Of a stretch of 46,355 bases of DNA, positions 1 through 9,019 are shown piece after piece. The first letter of the stretch is position 1. Every line of letters begins with the position of its first letter. The DNA comes from an uncultured Gemmatimonadota bacterium (GTDB lineage Bacteria > Gemmatimonadota > Gemmatimonadetes > Palauibacterales > KS3-K002), in NCBI GenBank assembly GCA_964347085.1, contig CAYFXF010000005.1:1-46355 (forward strand). The letters run 5' to 3'. Both the position numbers and the translations under genes were made by a program. The notes beneath the pieces were generated by a model. The model did not search any database, was not told the origin of the DNA, and was given only the letters and a program-made list of their open reading frames with translations.

Positions 1-1
1 C

Positions 2-1198
2 GTATCAGTGCACGTCATGTATCACGTCGGGTCGAAGCATGAGCGTCCCGGGCGTACGGGGTTCGCGCACCTGTTCGAGCACCTCATGTTCCAGGGATCC
101 GAGCACGTGACGGACGAGGCGCACTTCCGCTACGTGCAGGATGCCGGGGGCACGCTCAACGGCAGCACCTGGTTCGACCGTACGAACTACTTCGAGACGC
201 TACCGGCGAACGAGTTGGAGCTGGGTCTTTGGCTCGAGTCCGACCGCATGGGGTTCTTCGAGTCGGCGATCACGCAGGAGAAGCTCGACAACCAGCGGGA
301 CGTGGTGAAGAACGAGCGCCGGCAGTCGTACGAGAATCGGCCCTACGGCTTGGCGGTGGAGACCGTTCTAGGGATCGCTTATCCGGAGGGGCACCCTTAC
401 CGTCACCCGACGATCGGCTACATGGAAGACCTGGATGCCGCGAGCCTCGCAGATGTGCGAGAGTTCTTCCGCACTTTCTACACGCCCGACAACGCGGTTC
501 TGGTGCTCGTCGGTGCGCTCAAGGCGGAGCAGGGGTTCGCACTGGCCGAGCAGTACTTCGGTGAGATCCCGCCCGGGCCCGGCGCGCCGCAGGTCACGGC
601 CCCGGCCGTGCCGCCACGCCAGGGGGTCCGCGAGGTGATCTATGACAACGTCCAGTTCCCGCGGGTCTACCTGTTTCACCACGCGCCCGCGCTCGGCCAG
701 CCGGGTTTCGAGGCGGCCGACGTGTTGAGCTTCCTCTTGTCGGAGGGGAAGAGCTCGAGGCTCTACCGCAAGCTCGTCTACGAGCAGCGCATCGCGCAGG
801 ATGTGACGGCCCAGCTCTGGCCCGCCGAGGATTGTGGGCTCTCGTTCGTCGTGGCCACGGCGCGGCCAGGCGTGGCGGCCGGCGACCTGGAGAGCGCAAT
901 CCTGGAGACGCTGAGCGAAGTGGAGGGCGATGGTGTCGGTCAGCGTGAGGCGGAAGGCGGAGTGAACCGGGCGCTCCACGAGTTGGTGAGAGCTCTGGAT
1001 GGGGTGGGCCAGCGATCCGATGCGATCGCCACCGCGGCGACGTTCCTCGAGCGGCCGTCGTTCGTGAACGAGCTGTTCGATCGCTTCGCTGCTGTGACGC
1101 CGGAATCGATCGCCAAGGTCGTGACCGAGTGGTTCCGGCCCGAACGGCGGGCCACGCTGCACGTCCTCCCCAACTTGGCCGGCCAGGCAAACGGATGA
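2..1198 (+). CDS. M16 (pitrilysin/insulinase) family zinc metallopeptidase, catalytic-type subunit; 5' end truncated by the window edge
   Basis: Inverted zinc motif HxxEH (GFAHLFEHLMFQGSEH) lies near the N-terminus. The conserved region starts at the first codons, so the gene begins upstream of the window. The stop overlaps the next start (ATGA at 1195-1198). Confidence 0.85.
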   Translation, partial: VSVHVMYHVGSKHERPGRTGFAHLFEHLMFQGSEHVTDEAHFRYVQDAGGTLNGSTWFDRTNYFETLPANELELGLWLESDRMGFFESAITQEKLDNQRDVVKNERRQSYENRPYGLAVETVLGIAYPEGHPYRHPTIGYMEDLDAASLADVREFFRTFYTPDNAVLVLVGALKAEQGFALAEQYFGEIPPGPGAPQVTAPAVPPRQGVREVIYDNVQFPRVYLFHHAPALGQPGFEAADVLSFLLSEGKSSRLYRKLVYEQRIAQDVTAQLWPAEDCGLSFVVATARPGVAAGDLESAILETLSEVEGDGVGQREAEGGVNRALHELVRALDGVGQRSDAIATAATFLERPSFVNELFDRFAAVTPESIAKVVTEWFRPERRATLHVLPNLAGQANG

Positions 1199-2574
1199 GC
1201 GACGCCCGGCGGCTCGATCGTACCCGAAGGCCCGAGCCCGGGCCGACGCCCCGGATCGCTCTGCCGCGCTACGAGCGCTTCCAACTAGAGAACGGACTCC
1301 GGGTCCTGGCTGTCAGGCATGACGACGTGCCCGAGGTCTCCGCGCGCATCGTGTTCCCGGCAGGGGCTGTGGAGGACGATCCGGGTTTGGCGGGGACGGC
1401 GTTGCTCACGGCCCGCGCACTGACCGAGGGGACGAAGCAGCGGTCGGCCAAGCAGGTGGCGGAGGAACTCGATTACCTCGGTGCACGATTCAGCGTAGAC
1501 GTCAGTCACGACGCGACTCTCTTGAGCCTTCACTTCCTGGGCCGGGTCGCCGATGAGGCGCTGGCCCTCCTGGCGGAGATCGTGGCGGGTCCACGCTTCG
1601 AGCCAAAGGAGGTCGAGCGGCTGCGCGAGGAGCGGCTCGACGAGATCGCGAGCGGCCTCGACGAGCCGCGGGTCGTCGCTAACCTGCGCTGGGCGGAGGC
1701 GGCGTTTGGCGACCATCCGTACGGCGTGAGGGCGGGCGGCGTCGAAGAGACGGTGCGGGCGATCGACGCAGCGGTGCTGCGCGAGTTTCACCACCGGCAT
1801 TACCGGCCACGCGGCGCCACCCTCACGGTAGTCGGCGACCTGCCCGATAGCGCAGGCTTGATGGGACGGCTGGAGTCGGCGTTCGGCGCCTGGGAGGGGG
1901 CGGCCGCCGAGCCGCGTGACCTGGCTCACCCAGGGCCCTTGGCGTCACGGCGGCTGTGGGCGGTGCCGTGGGACGGCCCTCAGACAGAGCTCCGCGTCGG
2001 TGGCCTGGGCATCGAGCGTCGGGATTCCGACTACCCGGCCGTAATGGTCATGAACGCGATACTCGGCGGACTCTTCAGCTCACGGATCAACATGAACTTG
2101 CGCGAGGAAAAGGGCTGGACGTACGGGGCGGCCTCGCGGTTCGATGCGCGCAAGCGGCGCGGCCCCTACTACGTTGCCACTGCGGTAGACGCCCGGGCGA
2201 GCGTCGCCGCGCTGCGCGAGATCCTCTCCGAGCTTGAGCGGATGCGGAACGATCCACCGCGAGCGGACGAGCTCGAACTCGCCCGTAACTCGCTGACTCT
2301 CTCCCTGCCGCGGCTGTTCGAGACTGCGGACCAGGTGTCCGGACGCGTGGCCCAGCAGATCATCTATGGCCTTCCCGACGACTACTGGGAACGCTACGCG
2401 GACCAAATCCGCGCGGTGGGCGTAGCCGACGTGGAGCGCGTCGCCGAGCGGCTGCTCTCCGGCGACCGCGTGGCGGCCGTGGTGGTGGGACCGGTGAAGG
2501 AGTTGGCGGCCGAACTGGAGTCGCTGGGCCGCGTGGAGCTCCGCGACATCCACGGCCGACCCGGCGGCCCCTAA
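1195..2574 (+). CDS. M16 family peptidase, probable non-catalytic partner subunit
   Basis: M16-like architecture and length. The position equivalent to HxxEH reads GTALLTARALTEGT, with no His or Glu. The ATG at 1195 overlaps the upstream stop; the ORF-track start at 1129 lies inside the upstream gene. Confidence 0.8.
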   Translation: MSDARRLDRTRRPEPGPTPRIALPRYERFQLENGLRVLAVRHDDVPEVSARIVFPAGAVEDDPGLAGTALLTARALTEGTKQRSAKQVAEELDYLGARFSVDVSHDATLLSLHFLGRVADEALALLAEIVAGPRFEPKEVERLREERLDEIASGLDEPRVVANLRWAEAAFGDHPYGVRAGGVEETVRAIDAAVLREFHHRHYRPRGATLTVVGDLPDSAGLMGRLESAFGAWEGAAAEPRDLAHPGPLASRRLWAVPWDGPQTELRVGGLGIERRDSDYPAVMVMNAILGGLFSSRINMNLREEKGWTYGAASRFDARKRRGPYYVATAVDARASVAALREILSELERMRNDPPRADELELARNSLTLSLPRLFETADQVSGRVAQQIIYGLPDDYWERYADQIRAVGVADVERVAERLLSGDRVAAVVVGPVKELAAELESLGRVELRDIHGRPGGP

Positions 2575-3029
2575 GGGCCGACACCCTACGGCTCTTCGCC
2601 TGGCGGGCTCGACTTTCGGTAAACCTTCGGTTAGCTTTATGAGTGCCAGGAAACCCTCGGCGACGTCCGGGCGTCTATTTAATTGGGAGCGGGAGGTGGA
2701 ACGGGCCTCCCGGTCGGAGGTGACGGGCCGGTCAACTTTCGACCGGTTTAGGAAAAATTTGCAGGACGCAAGGCCGGGAACGAGTCGCTTTTCCGGACCG
2801 CGCCCGCGGGGGCGAAGCGGCGCAGCGCTGCGCAGTCAAGCTCCTAAGCGCCGATCTGAGATCGGCTCGGACGGACGGGGAATGGAACCTGCACGGCTCG
2901 GGGGTGGGGGAGAAAAGGGGGACCCGGCCTATGCACAAAAATCAGGGGTTCAACGGCGTGAGCCTGCTCGACCGGGCAACCGGGCCGGGCGGGGCTGTAT
3001 CGCCGCAACTGGAGATCCCAGGGGCTGAG

Positions 3030-3656
3030 ATGGGAGAGCTAGCGGTAAAGCGGGTCGACGCGGCGCCTGACGTGGTGCTGGCAGATCTGCCGGACAACGA
3101 GTTGGTGGCTCGTTTCCTGGCGGGTGACCGCCTGGCCTTCCCGGAGCTGGTGGGGCGTTATCAGTCGCGACTGCTCAATTTCATCTACCGCACGATCGGC
3201 GATCGGGATCGCGCAGAGGATCTGGTACAGGAGACCTTCATCCGGGTGTTCCGGCATCTGCACCGGTTCGACCAGAGCAAGAAGTTCTCGACCTGGATCT
3301 ACACGATCGCGAGCAACTTGGCCAAGAACGAGCTGCGCAACCGCTCTCGTAATCCGCTCGTGCTGTTCCAGGCGATCAAGACGAACTGGGAGGCGGACCA
3401 CCGGCCGTTGCAGTGGGAGGACTCGACGCGCCGGCCGGATGATCTGTTCCGCAAGCGGCACCTGCGGGATATGGTGGAGCGCGCGGTGGAACAGCTTCCG
3501 GAGCACCACCGGGCGGTCTTCGTGCTACGGGAGATGGAGGGGAAGACTTACGACGAGATCGCCGAGATCACCGGAGTGAACCTGGGCACGGTCAAGTCCC
3601 GGCTCAACCGGGCCCGGAACAACTTCGCGCAGATTATCGCTCCAATGTTGCGCTGA
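3030..3656 (+). CDS. ECF-type RNA polymerase sigma-70 family factor
   Basis: Region 2 (DLVQETFIRVFRHLHRFD..FSTWIYTIASNLAKNE) and region 4 (LPEHHRAVFVLREMEGKTYDEIAEITGVNLGTVKSRLNRAR) are both recognisable. The start is uncertain: the frame is open from 2904, and ATG 2931 is an alternative. Confidence 0.85.
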   Translation: MGELAVKRVDAAPDVVLADLPDNELVARFLAGDRLAFPELVGRYQSRLLNFIYRTIGDRDRAEDLVQETFIRVFRHLHRFDQSKKFSTWIYTIASNLAKNELRNRSRNPLVLFQAIKTNWEADHRPLQWEDSTRRPDDLFRKRHLRDMVERAVEQLPEHHRAVFVLREMEGKTYDEIAEITGVNLGTVKSRLNRARNNFAQIIAPMLR

Positions 3657-3682
3657 CACCGAGCGCGCGGGTAGCGATGGAC

Positions 3683-3714
3683 GGGGCGCCGGCCGAGTGG
3701 CCGGCGCCCCGTTT
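3683..3714 (+). terminator. Rho-independent terminator candidate after the sigma gene
   Basis: Perfect 12-bp stem GGGGCGCCGGCC / GGCCGGCGCCCC with loop GAGT, followed by GTTT. Confidence 0.65.
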
Positions 3715-3775
3715 GGCTAGGGGCGGCCTAGGCGTCCCCCCTGGCCTGGGCGAGGGCAGGCCGGTCCCGCCCAGC

Positions 3776-3800
3776 GGAACACGGAGACGGTTGGCGCGTA
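3776..3800 (+). promoter_or_regulatory. ECF-type promoter candidate (GGAAC-N16-CGTA) upstream of the anti-sigma gene
   Basis: GGAAC at 3776-3780, a 16-nt spacer, then CGTA at 3797-3800. This sits 57 nt upstream of ATG 3858. It matches the generic ECF signature of AAC in the -35 and CGT in the -10. Confidence 0.4.
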
Positions 3801-3857
3801 CAAGCTTTCAAGGATCCACGGCTAGGCGGACCTTTCCTTTCTGGCTCGAGAGAGGGG

Positions 3858-4409
3858 ATGGATTGCGACGAATTCCTTGAGGGCTACTCGGACTACCTTG
3901 ATGGGCAGTTCGAGGAGCGCCCGTTCGCAGCCTACTGGGATCACCTGGGCGAGTGTTCGGGCTGTGCCGGTTATGATCGGGTAATGCGCCGTGGGCTTCG
4001 CCTGGTGAGAGCGCTCGACCCACCCGACCCCACCCCCGAATTCAGAACTCGACTCGAAACAGGATTCCTCGACAGGCGGAGGCGACTCGGCACCCGGGCG
4101 GACTACCCCTTCGCCGCGGGCTTCGCTGCGGCCGTCGTCGTGTTGGTCGCCTCCCTGGCGGTCCTGCGTTCTCAAGCGGGCACGGTCCAGCTGCCTCCCG
4201 TGGTCGTCGATGGGTCGGCCAGAGGCGAGGGCTCTCCCGCCCTCTGGGGGCCGCCACCCACGTTCACCTGGACGGCAAGCTTCCTGCAAGCGCCCGTGTT
4301 GGACAGCGATTCGCTCCTGCTGCCGGGGGCCGAGGGCTTCTCGCTCTTCCGGGTGCCACGCCGCCCTGGCGATCCCCCCGCGCGGCCGGAGGAGACGGCA
4401 CCGGAATAG
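3858..4409 (+). CDS. Anti-sigma factor, zf-HC2 type, single-pass membrane protein
   Basis: N-terminal C..(x)..H-x3-C-x2-C (MDCDEF...HLGECSGC). One hydrophobic helix (FAAGFAAAVVVLVASLAVL). Located just downstream of the ECF sigma gene. SD-like GAGAGGGG precedes the ATG. Confidence 0.7.
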   Translation: MDCDEFLEGYSDYLDGQFEERPFAAYWDHLGECSGCAGYDRVMRRGLRLVRALDPPDPTPEFRTRLETGFLDRRRRLGTRADYPFAAGFAAAVVVLVASLAVLRSQAGTVQLPPVVVDGSARGEGSPALWGPPPTFTWTASFLQAPVLDSDSLLLPGAEGFSLFRVPRRPGDPPARPEETAPE

Positions 4410-4431
4410 GCCCTCAGACGCCCTATCTGTG

Positions 4432-4460
4432 TTGACACCCCCTTCCGCGCGGCGAATACT
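4432..4460 (+). promoter_or_regulatory. Sigma-70-like promoter TTGACA-N17-AATACT placed for a leaderless holA transcript
   Basis: TTGACA at 4432-4437, a 17-nt spacer, AATACT at 4455-4460, and the holA ATG at 4466. No SD sequence lies in between. Confidence 0.45.
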
Positions 4461-4465
4461 TTGGC

Positions 4466-5545
4466 ATGGGAGAGCTGACTTACGAACAGCTCGGTGATCG
4501 AATTGCGCGGGGGAAGCTGGGCGGCAACTACTTCCTTAGGGCCGAGGACTCTTTCCTGCGCGATGAGGTCATCGCCCACCTCACCGAAGCCCACCTCGCC
4601 GACGGCTCACCCGACTTCGATCTCGATCAGCTGAGCGGCGACGACCTGGATGCGGCGACCCTGGCGTCGCTTCTCCAGACCCCTCCGCTCGTTTCGAAGT
4701 ACCGGGTCGTCGTCGTCCGGGGAGCACAGGGGCTCACGCCATCGGCCCGCGGCGTCGTGGAGCGCGCGGTGGTGCAGCCCGTGTCGGGGCGCGTTCTGGT
4801 TCTGGCCGCCGAGGTGCCGAGGGGCTCAAAGGCGAAATTCTACGACGTTCTCCGCAAGAGCTGCTTGGCGGTCTCGCTGCGAACGCCCCGGCCGTCGGAG
4901 CTGCCCGGCTGGCTGGCCAAGCGCGCTCGCTCGCTCTACGGCGTGGAGCTGGAGATGGAGGCGGCACAGCGCCTCGCCGCCGGCATCGGCGCGCGTCTGG
5001 GAATCCTCGCACAGGAACTTGAGAAGCTGGTCACGTACGTGGCGCCGGCGAAGCGGATCAGGCTGGATGAGGTGAAGGCAGCGGTGGGTGCGCTGCCTCA
5101 GGTCGATCGCTGGAGCTGGATCGACAAAGTGGTCGAGGGCCAGACGCGATCAGCGGTCGCCGAGCTCCCGGCGTTGCTCGATTCCGGGGAGAGCGCCGTG
5201 GGGCTGATCAGCGCCGTCTCGGAAGCGCTCCTCAGGGTTGGGCTTGCGCGGGCGGGCGAGGCGCGACTCGTGACGGTGCTGAAGCGCGACGGCAGCTACC
5301 GAAACTTGAGCTGGAAGGTGCGCACCTACCTCGAGCAGGCGCGCCTCTGGACGGACGAGGGAATCGCGGCGGCGCTCGAGGAGCTGTTGCGTGCCGACCG
5401 TCTGATCAAGTCGGGCGGACTGAGCGAGCGGGCGGCGTTGGAGGAGGCACTGTTGCGGATGGGAACCCGATCGGGCACGCGTGAGGCAGCGACGCTCGCG
5501 GCCGGGAGTGGGAGGGGCAGACGTGCAAAAGCGGGGAAGTCTTAG
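4466..5545 (+). CDS. holA: DNA polymerase III subunit delta
   Basis: Length of 359 aa. N-terminal clamp-loader delta pattern (GKLGGNYFLRAEDSFLRDEVIAHL) and a helical C-terminal domain. Confidence 0.8.
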   Translation: MGELTYEQLGDRIARGKLGGNYFLRAEDSFLRDEVIAHLTEAHLADGSPDFDLDQLSGDDLDAATLASLLQTPPLVSKYRVVVVRGAQGLTPSARGVVERAVVQPVSGRVLVLAAEVPRGSKAKFYDVLRKSCLAVSLRTPRPSELPGWLAKRARSLYGVELEMEAAQRLAAGIGARLGILAQELEKLVTYVAPAKRIRLDEVKAAVGALPQVDRWSWIDKVVEGQTRSAVAELPALLDSGESAVGLISAVSEALLRVGLARAGEARLVTVLKRDGSYRNLSWKVRTYLEQARLWTDEGIAAALEELLRADRLIKSGGLSERAALEEALLRMGTRSGTREAATLAAGSGRGRRAKAGKS

Positions 5546-6368
5546 TCCACGGCAGCTGAGTTCCGGTCTCTCGGCGGCCGGGCTCCTGGTTTACCTGTTG
5601 GGTGCCGCTTTGCCGGCGACCTCGCAAGTTGGATCGATGCTCGACCAGGTCGAGCGGCTGGCGGATCGCGGTGAATCGCGTGAAGCCCGCCAGGTGCTGG
5701 CGCGCTGGGAGCGCGAGGCCGGCGGGTCAGCCGCGCCGGAAGAGCAGGCGCGGGGCTGGTACCTGGCCGGCCGGCTGGCGGGTGATGGCGCGGCAGCCGA
5801 GCTGCACTACTTGCGTGTGGTGATTGAGGGGTCGGGCAGCGCATACGCGGATGACGCCCTGTTGCGGCTCGGCCAGTACAAGCATGCCAGAGGCGATTTC
5901 GCTAAGGCGATCGAGCATCTGGGCCGGTTGCGGCGTGACTACCCGACGAGCGAACATGGGCCTGCCGCGCTGCTCTGGATCACGAGGGCGGCCCGATCGC
6001 TGGGTGATGCGGAGCGAGCCTGTTCGGCTGCAGAACAGGGTCTGCGCGAGGTGGCGCCGAACGATACCTTGCTCGCACGCTATTTTCGCGAGGAGCGTGT
6101 GAGTTGTCGCGAGGTGGACCGTGCCTATACCGTTCAAGTCGCCGCCTTCAAGGAAGAGCTCGCCGCGCAGCGGCTGGCGCGGGCCCTATTGAGCGAAGGG
6201 TACGACGCCTGGGTGCTCAGCGCGTCGCCCAACGACCCGCTGTATCGGGTGCGGGTCGGCCGCGGCCTGACGGAGGCGGAGGCGCAGGTTTTGATCGATC
6301 GCATGGCCAGGGCGGGACATTCGCCGTTTCTGGTCTCCCAGACGTTACGGTATGACGAGGGACGCTGA
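5523..6368 (+). CDS. SPOR domain protein with TPR-like helical N-terminal region
   Basis: C-terminal SPOR-like segment (YTVQVAAFKEELAAQRLARALLSEGYDAWVL...YRVRVGRGLTEAEAQVLIDRM) and an N-terminal signal or anchor. GTG 5523 is preceded by GGAGGGG (5511-5517). ATG 5481 is an alternative start. Confidence 0.7.
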   Translation: MQKRGSLSPRQLSSGLSAAGLLVYLLGAALPATSQVGSMLDQVERLADRGESREARQVLARWEREAGGSAAPEEQARGWYLAGRLAGDGAAAELHYLRVVIEGSGSAYADDALLRLGQYKHARGDFAKAIEHLGRLRRDYPTSEHGPAALLWITRAARSLGDAERACSAAEQGLREVAPNDTLLARYFREERVSCREVDRAYTVQVAAFKEELAAQRLARALLSEGYDAWVLSASPNDPLYRVRVGRGLTEAEAQVLIDRMARAGHSPFLVSQTLRYDEGR

Positions 6369-6403
6369 ATCCGTGACCGTCCGCGACGGGGAGGTGTGAG
6401 CTG

Positions 6404-9019
6404 TTGCCCAAGCGTCCCGATACGCCCCTCATGCGCCAGTATCTGGAAGTCAAGGGTCGCTACCCTGACGCGATCCTCTTCTTTCAGGTTGGCGACTTCT
6501 ACGAGATGTTCTTCGACGACGCCGAGGAAGCATCACGCTTGCTCGACCTGACCCTCACCTCTCGCAACAATGGAGAGGCAGCGGAAGTGCCACTCGCTGG
6601 TGTGCCGGTGCGGGCGGCGCAGGCTTACGTTCAGCGGCTGATCCAGCTGGGTCGGCGCGTGGCCATCTGCCAGCAGGTCGAGGATGCGTCGCAGGCGAAG
6701 GGCGTCGTGCGGCGCGAGGTCGTCGAGACCGTGACGCCGGGTGCCGTCTTCTCCGAGAGCCTCCTCTCTGCCGGCCGCAACAACTTCTTGGCCGCGATCG
6801 CCGGTCAGCGGGACGCGACGCGCCTGGGCCTCGCCTGGGCGGACGTCTCCACCGGCGAGTTCCTCTGCTCCGTCGTGCCGCCCGACGAGCTCGCCTCCGA
6901 GCTGGAACGGATCGATGCGCGAGAGCTTCTCGTCCCGCGCTCATGGGATGCCAGCCGCACCGCTCGCGACGGCGAGCTGGCCGGCGCGCCGCTGACGCAC
7001 CGGGACGACTGGTGCTTCGCGACTGAGATCGCTGAAGAGCAGGTGCGTCGCCATTTCCGCATCGCGAGCCTCGCCAGCCTGGGGCTCGACGCGGCGAACG
7101 AGGCGCCCGCCATCCAGGCGGCCGGCGCTCTGCTGGGCTATCTGCTGGAGGTTCAACCGGGTGGCGTGAGCCAGCTCAGGCCGCCGCGCATCGAGCGCGG
7201 CTCGGCGGCGCTGTATCTGGACGATATGACGCGCCGGAACCTGGAGGTGGTCCGACCGCTCCAGCCGGGTTCGGGAGCGCTCACGCTGCTGGACGTGCTC
7301 GATGCGACCCTTACGCCGATGGGCGCGCGCCTTTTGCGCGCTTGGCTCCTGCGGCCGCTCGCGGAGCCCCAGGCGATCCGGTCGCGCCTCGACGCGGTCG
7401 AGGAGCTGTTCGGCGACGGGTCGCGGCGGCAAGAGGTTCGGGGTTCGCTCCGGCCGGTACGTGACCTCGAGCGCCTGAGCGGGAGGGTCGGCGCAGGTCG
7501 GGCGACGCCCCGGGATCTATTGGCGCTAGCCAGTTCGCTGCGCCAGACGCCGGCCGTGGCGCAGGCGTTAGGGTCGCCGGCGAGCGAAGCGTTGCGCGGC
7601 GCGATCGGGGGGCTCGATCCGGTGGAAGATGCTGCGGAGCTCATCGAGCGGGCGATCGACCCCGAGGCGCCGCTCTTGCTGAGCGAGGGCGGGGTCGTCC
7701 GCGCAGGGTACTGCGCGGGCCTCGACGAGCTGCGCGCCGTGCGCGATGGAGCGGTGGGTTGGATTGCAGAGCTTCAGGGTCGCGAGCGGGAGCGCACCGG
7801 CATCGCATCGCTGAAAGTCGGCTTCAACAGGGTGTTCGGGTACTACATCGAGGTCACCAAGCCGAACCTCGGGAAGGTGCCCGACGATTATCAGCGGCGG
7901 CAGACCCTGACAAACGCCGAGCGCTTCGTCACCCCAGAGTTAAAGGAATGGGAGTCGAAGGTCCTCAATGCTGAGGAGCGAATCGGCGAGCTCGAGGAGC
8001 GGACCTTCCGGGAAGTACGGGAAACGGTTGCCGGCCGACTGGAACGCCTGCAGGATTTGGCTGCTCGCATCGCGCTGATCGATGTCTACGCGGCGCTGGC
8101 CTACGTCGCGGAGCGCAACGGTTACGTGCGACCCACGGTCGACCTTGAGGATCGAATCGAGATCCGCGGCGGCCGCCACCCGGTGGTGGAGCAGGTCATG
8201 CCGCGCGAGCGTTTCGTTCCCAACGATGTTCGCCTGGATGGCGCGGAGCGCGTCATCATCCTCACGGGCCCGAACATGGCGGGCAAGTCGACTATCCTCC
8301 GTCAGGTTGGACTTATCACGTTGCTCGCTCAAATGGGGTCGTTCGTGCCCGCCGAAGGCGCAGCGATCGGGGTGACGGATCGGATCTTCACCCGGGTGGG
8401 GGCCTCCGATAATATCGCGCTCGGCCACAGCACGTTCATGGTGGAGATGATCGAGACCGCGGCAATCCTCAACGGCGCCACGGCCCGCAGCCTGGTGCTG
8501 CTGGACGAGATCGGGCGCGGCACGTCGACCTACGACGGGGTCTCCATCGCCTGGGCGGTCACCGAGTACATCCACGAGCGGATCGGCGCCAAGACCGTCT
8601 TCGCCACGCATTACCACGAGCTGACTCAGATCACTGACACCCTGCCGCGGGCAGCGGCGTACAATGTCGCCGTCAAGGAGGTCGGCGACGAGATCGTCTT
8701 CCTGCGCCGACTGGAGCCTGGGGGCGCCGACCGGTCCTACGGCCTGCAGGTGGCGCGCCTGGCGGGGATACCGGCCGAGGTGATCGCCCGGGCACGGCAG
8801 ATTCTCCACGATCTGGAGGTAGTGGAGCCCGGGTCGCGATCAGGGATCGGGCGAAGCGGTCGGTTGCCCGCCTCGGTGGATCGCTCGCAGCTCTCGCTGT
8901 TCCAGGAGCCGGAGGACCCCGTCCTGCAACGTCTGCGGTCGCTGCTGCCCGAGCAGATGACCCCGCTTGAGGCTTTGGCCGTGCTCGCCGAGCTCAAGCG
9001 CCAGCTGGAGGAGCGGTGA
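6404..9019 (+). CDS. mutS: DNA mismatch repair protein MutS
   Basis: N-terminal TPLMRQYLEVKGRYPDAILFFQVGDFYEMFFDDA, Walker A GPNMAGKST, and a length of 871 aa. TTG start with GGGGAGG upstream. Confidence 0.95.
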   Translation: MPKRPDTPLMRQYLEVKGRYPDAILFFQVGDFYEMFFDDAEEASRLLDLTLTSRNNGEAAEVPLAGVPVRAAQAYVQRLIQLGRRVAICQQVEDASQAKGVVRREVVETVTPGAVFSESLLSAGRNNFLAAIAGQRDATRLGLAWADVSTGEFLCSVVPPDELASELERIDARELLVPRSWDASRTARDGELAGAPLTHRDDWCFATEIAEEQVRRHFRIASLASLGLDAANEAPAIQAAGALLGYLLEVQPGGVSQLRPPRIERGSAALYLDDMTRRNLEVVRPLQPGSGALTLLDVLDATLTPMGARLLRAWLLRPLAEPQAIRSRLDAVEELFGDGSRRQEVRGSLRPVRDLERLSGRVGAGRATPRDLLALASSLRQTPAVAQALGSPASEALRGAIGGLDPVEDAAELIERAIDPEAPLLLSEGGVVRAGYCAGLDELRAVRDGAVGWIAELQGRERERTGIASLKVGFNRVFGYYIEVTKPNLGKVPDDYQRRQTLTNAERFVTPELKEWESKVLNAEERIGELEERTFREVRETVAGRLERLQDLAARIALIDVYAALAYVAERNGYVRPTVDLEDRIEIRGGRHPVVEQVMPRERFVPNDVRLDGAERVIILTGPNMAGKSTILRQVGLITLLAQMGSFVPAEGAAIGVTDRIFTRVGASDNIALGHSTFMVEMIETAAILNGATARSLVLLDEIGRGTSTYDGVSIAWAVTEYIHERIGAKTVFATHYHELTQITDTLPRAAAYNVAVKEVGDEIVFLRRLEPGGADRSYGLQVARLAGIPAEVIARARQILHDLEVVEPGSRSGIGRSGRLPASVDRSQLSLFQEPEDPVLQRLRSLLPEQMTPLEALAVLAELKRQLEER

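Noticed and set aside
2820-2925. Possible TPP (THI-box) riboswitch, suggested by CTGAGA (2856-2861) and GAACCTG (2886-2892).
   Set aside because: After CTGAGA the expected ACCC pairing segment is absent, and so is the ...CUGAUCUGGAUAAUGCCAGCGUAGGGA-like 3' half. The downstream gene is a sigma factor, not a thiamine gene.
2639-3028. 129-aa ORF in the long gap upstream of the sigma gene.
   Set aside because: It has an extremely basic, Arg/Gly/Ser-rich composition with no hydrophobic core or motifs, and its codon third positions are not consistently G/C. I treat the region as non-coding.
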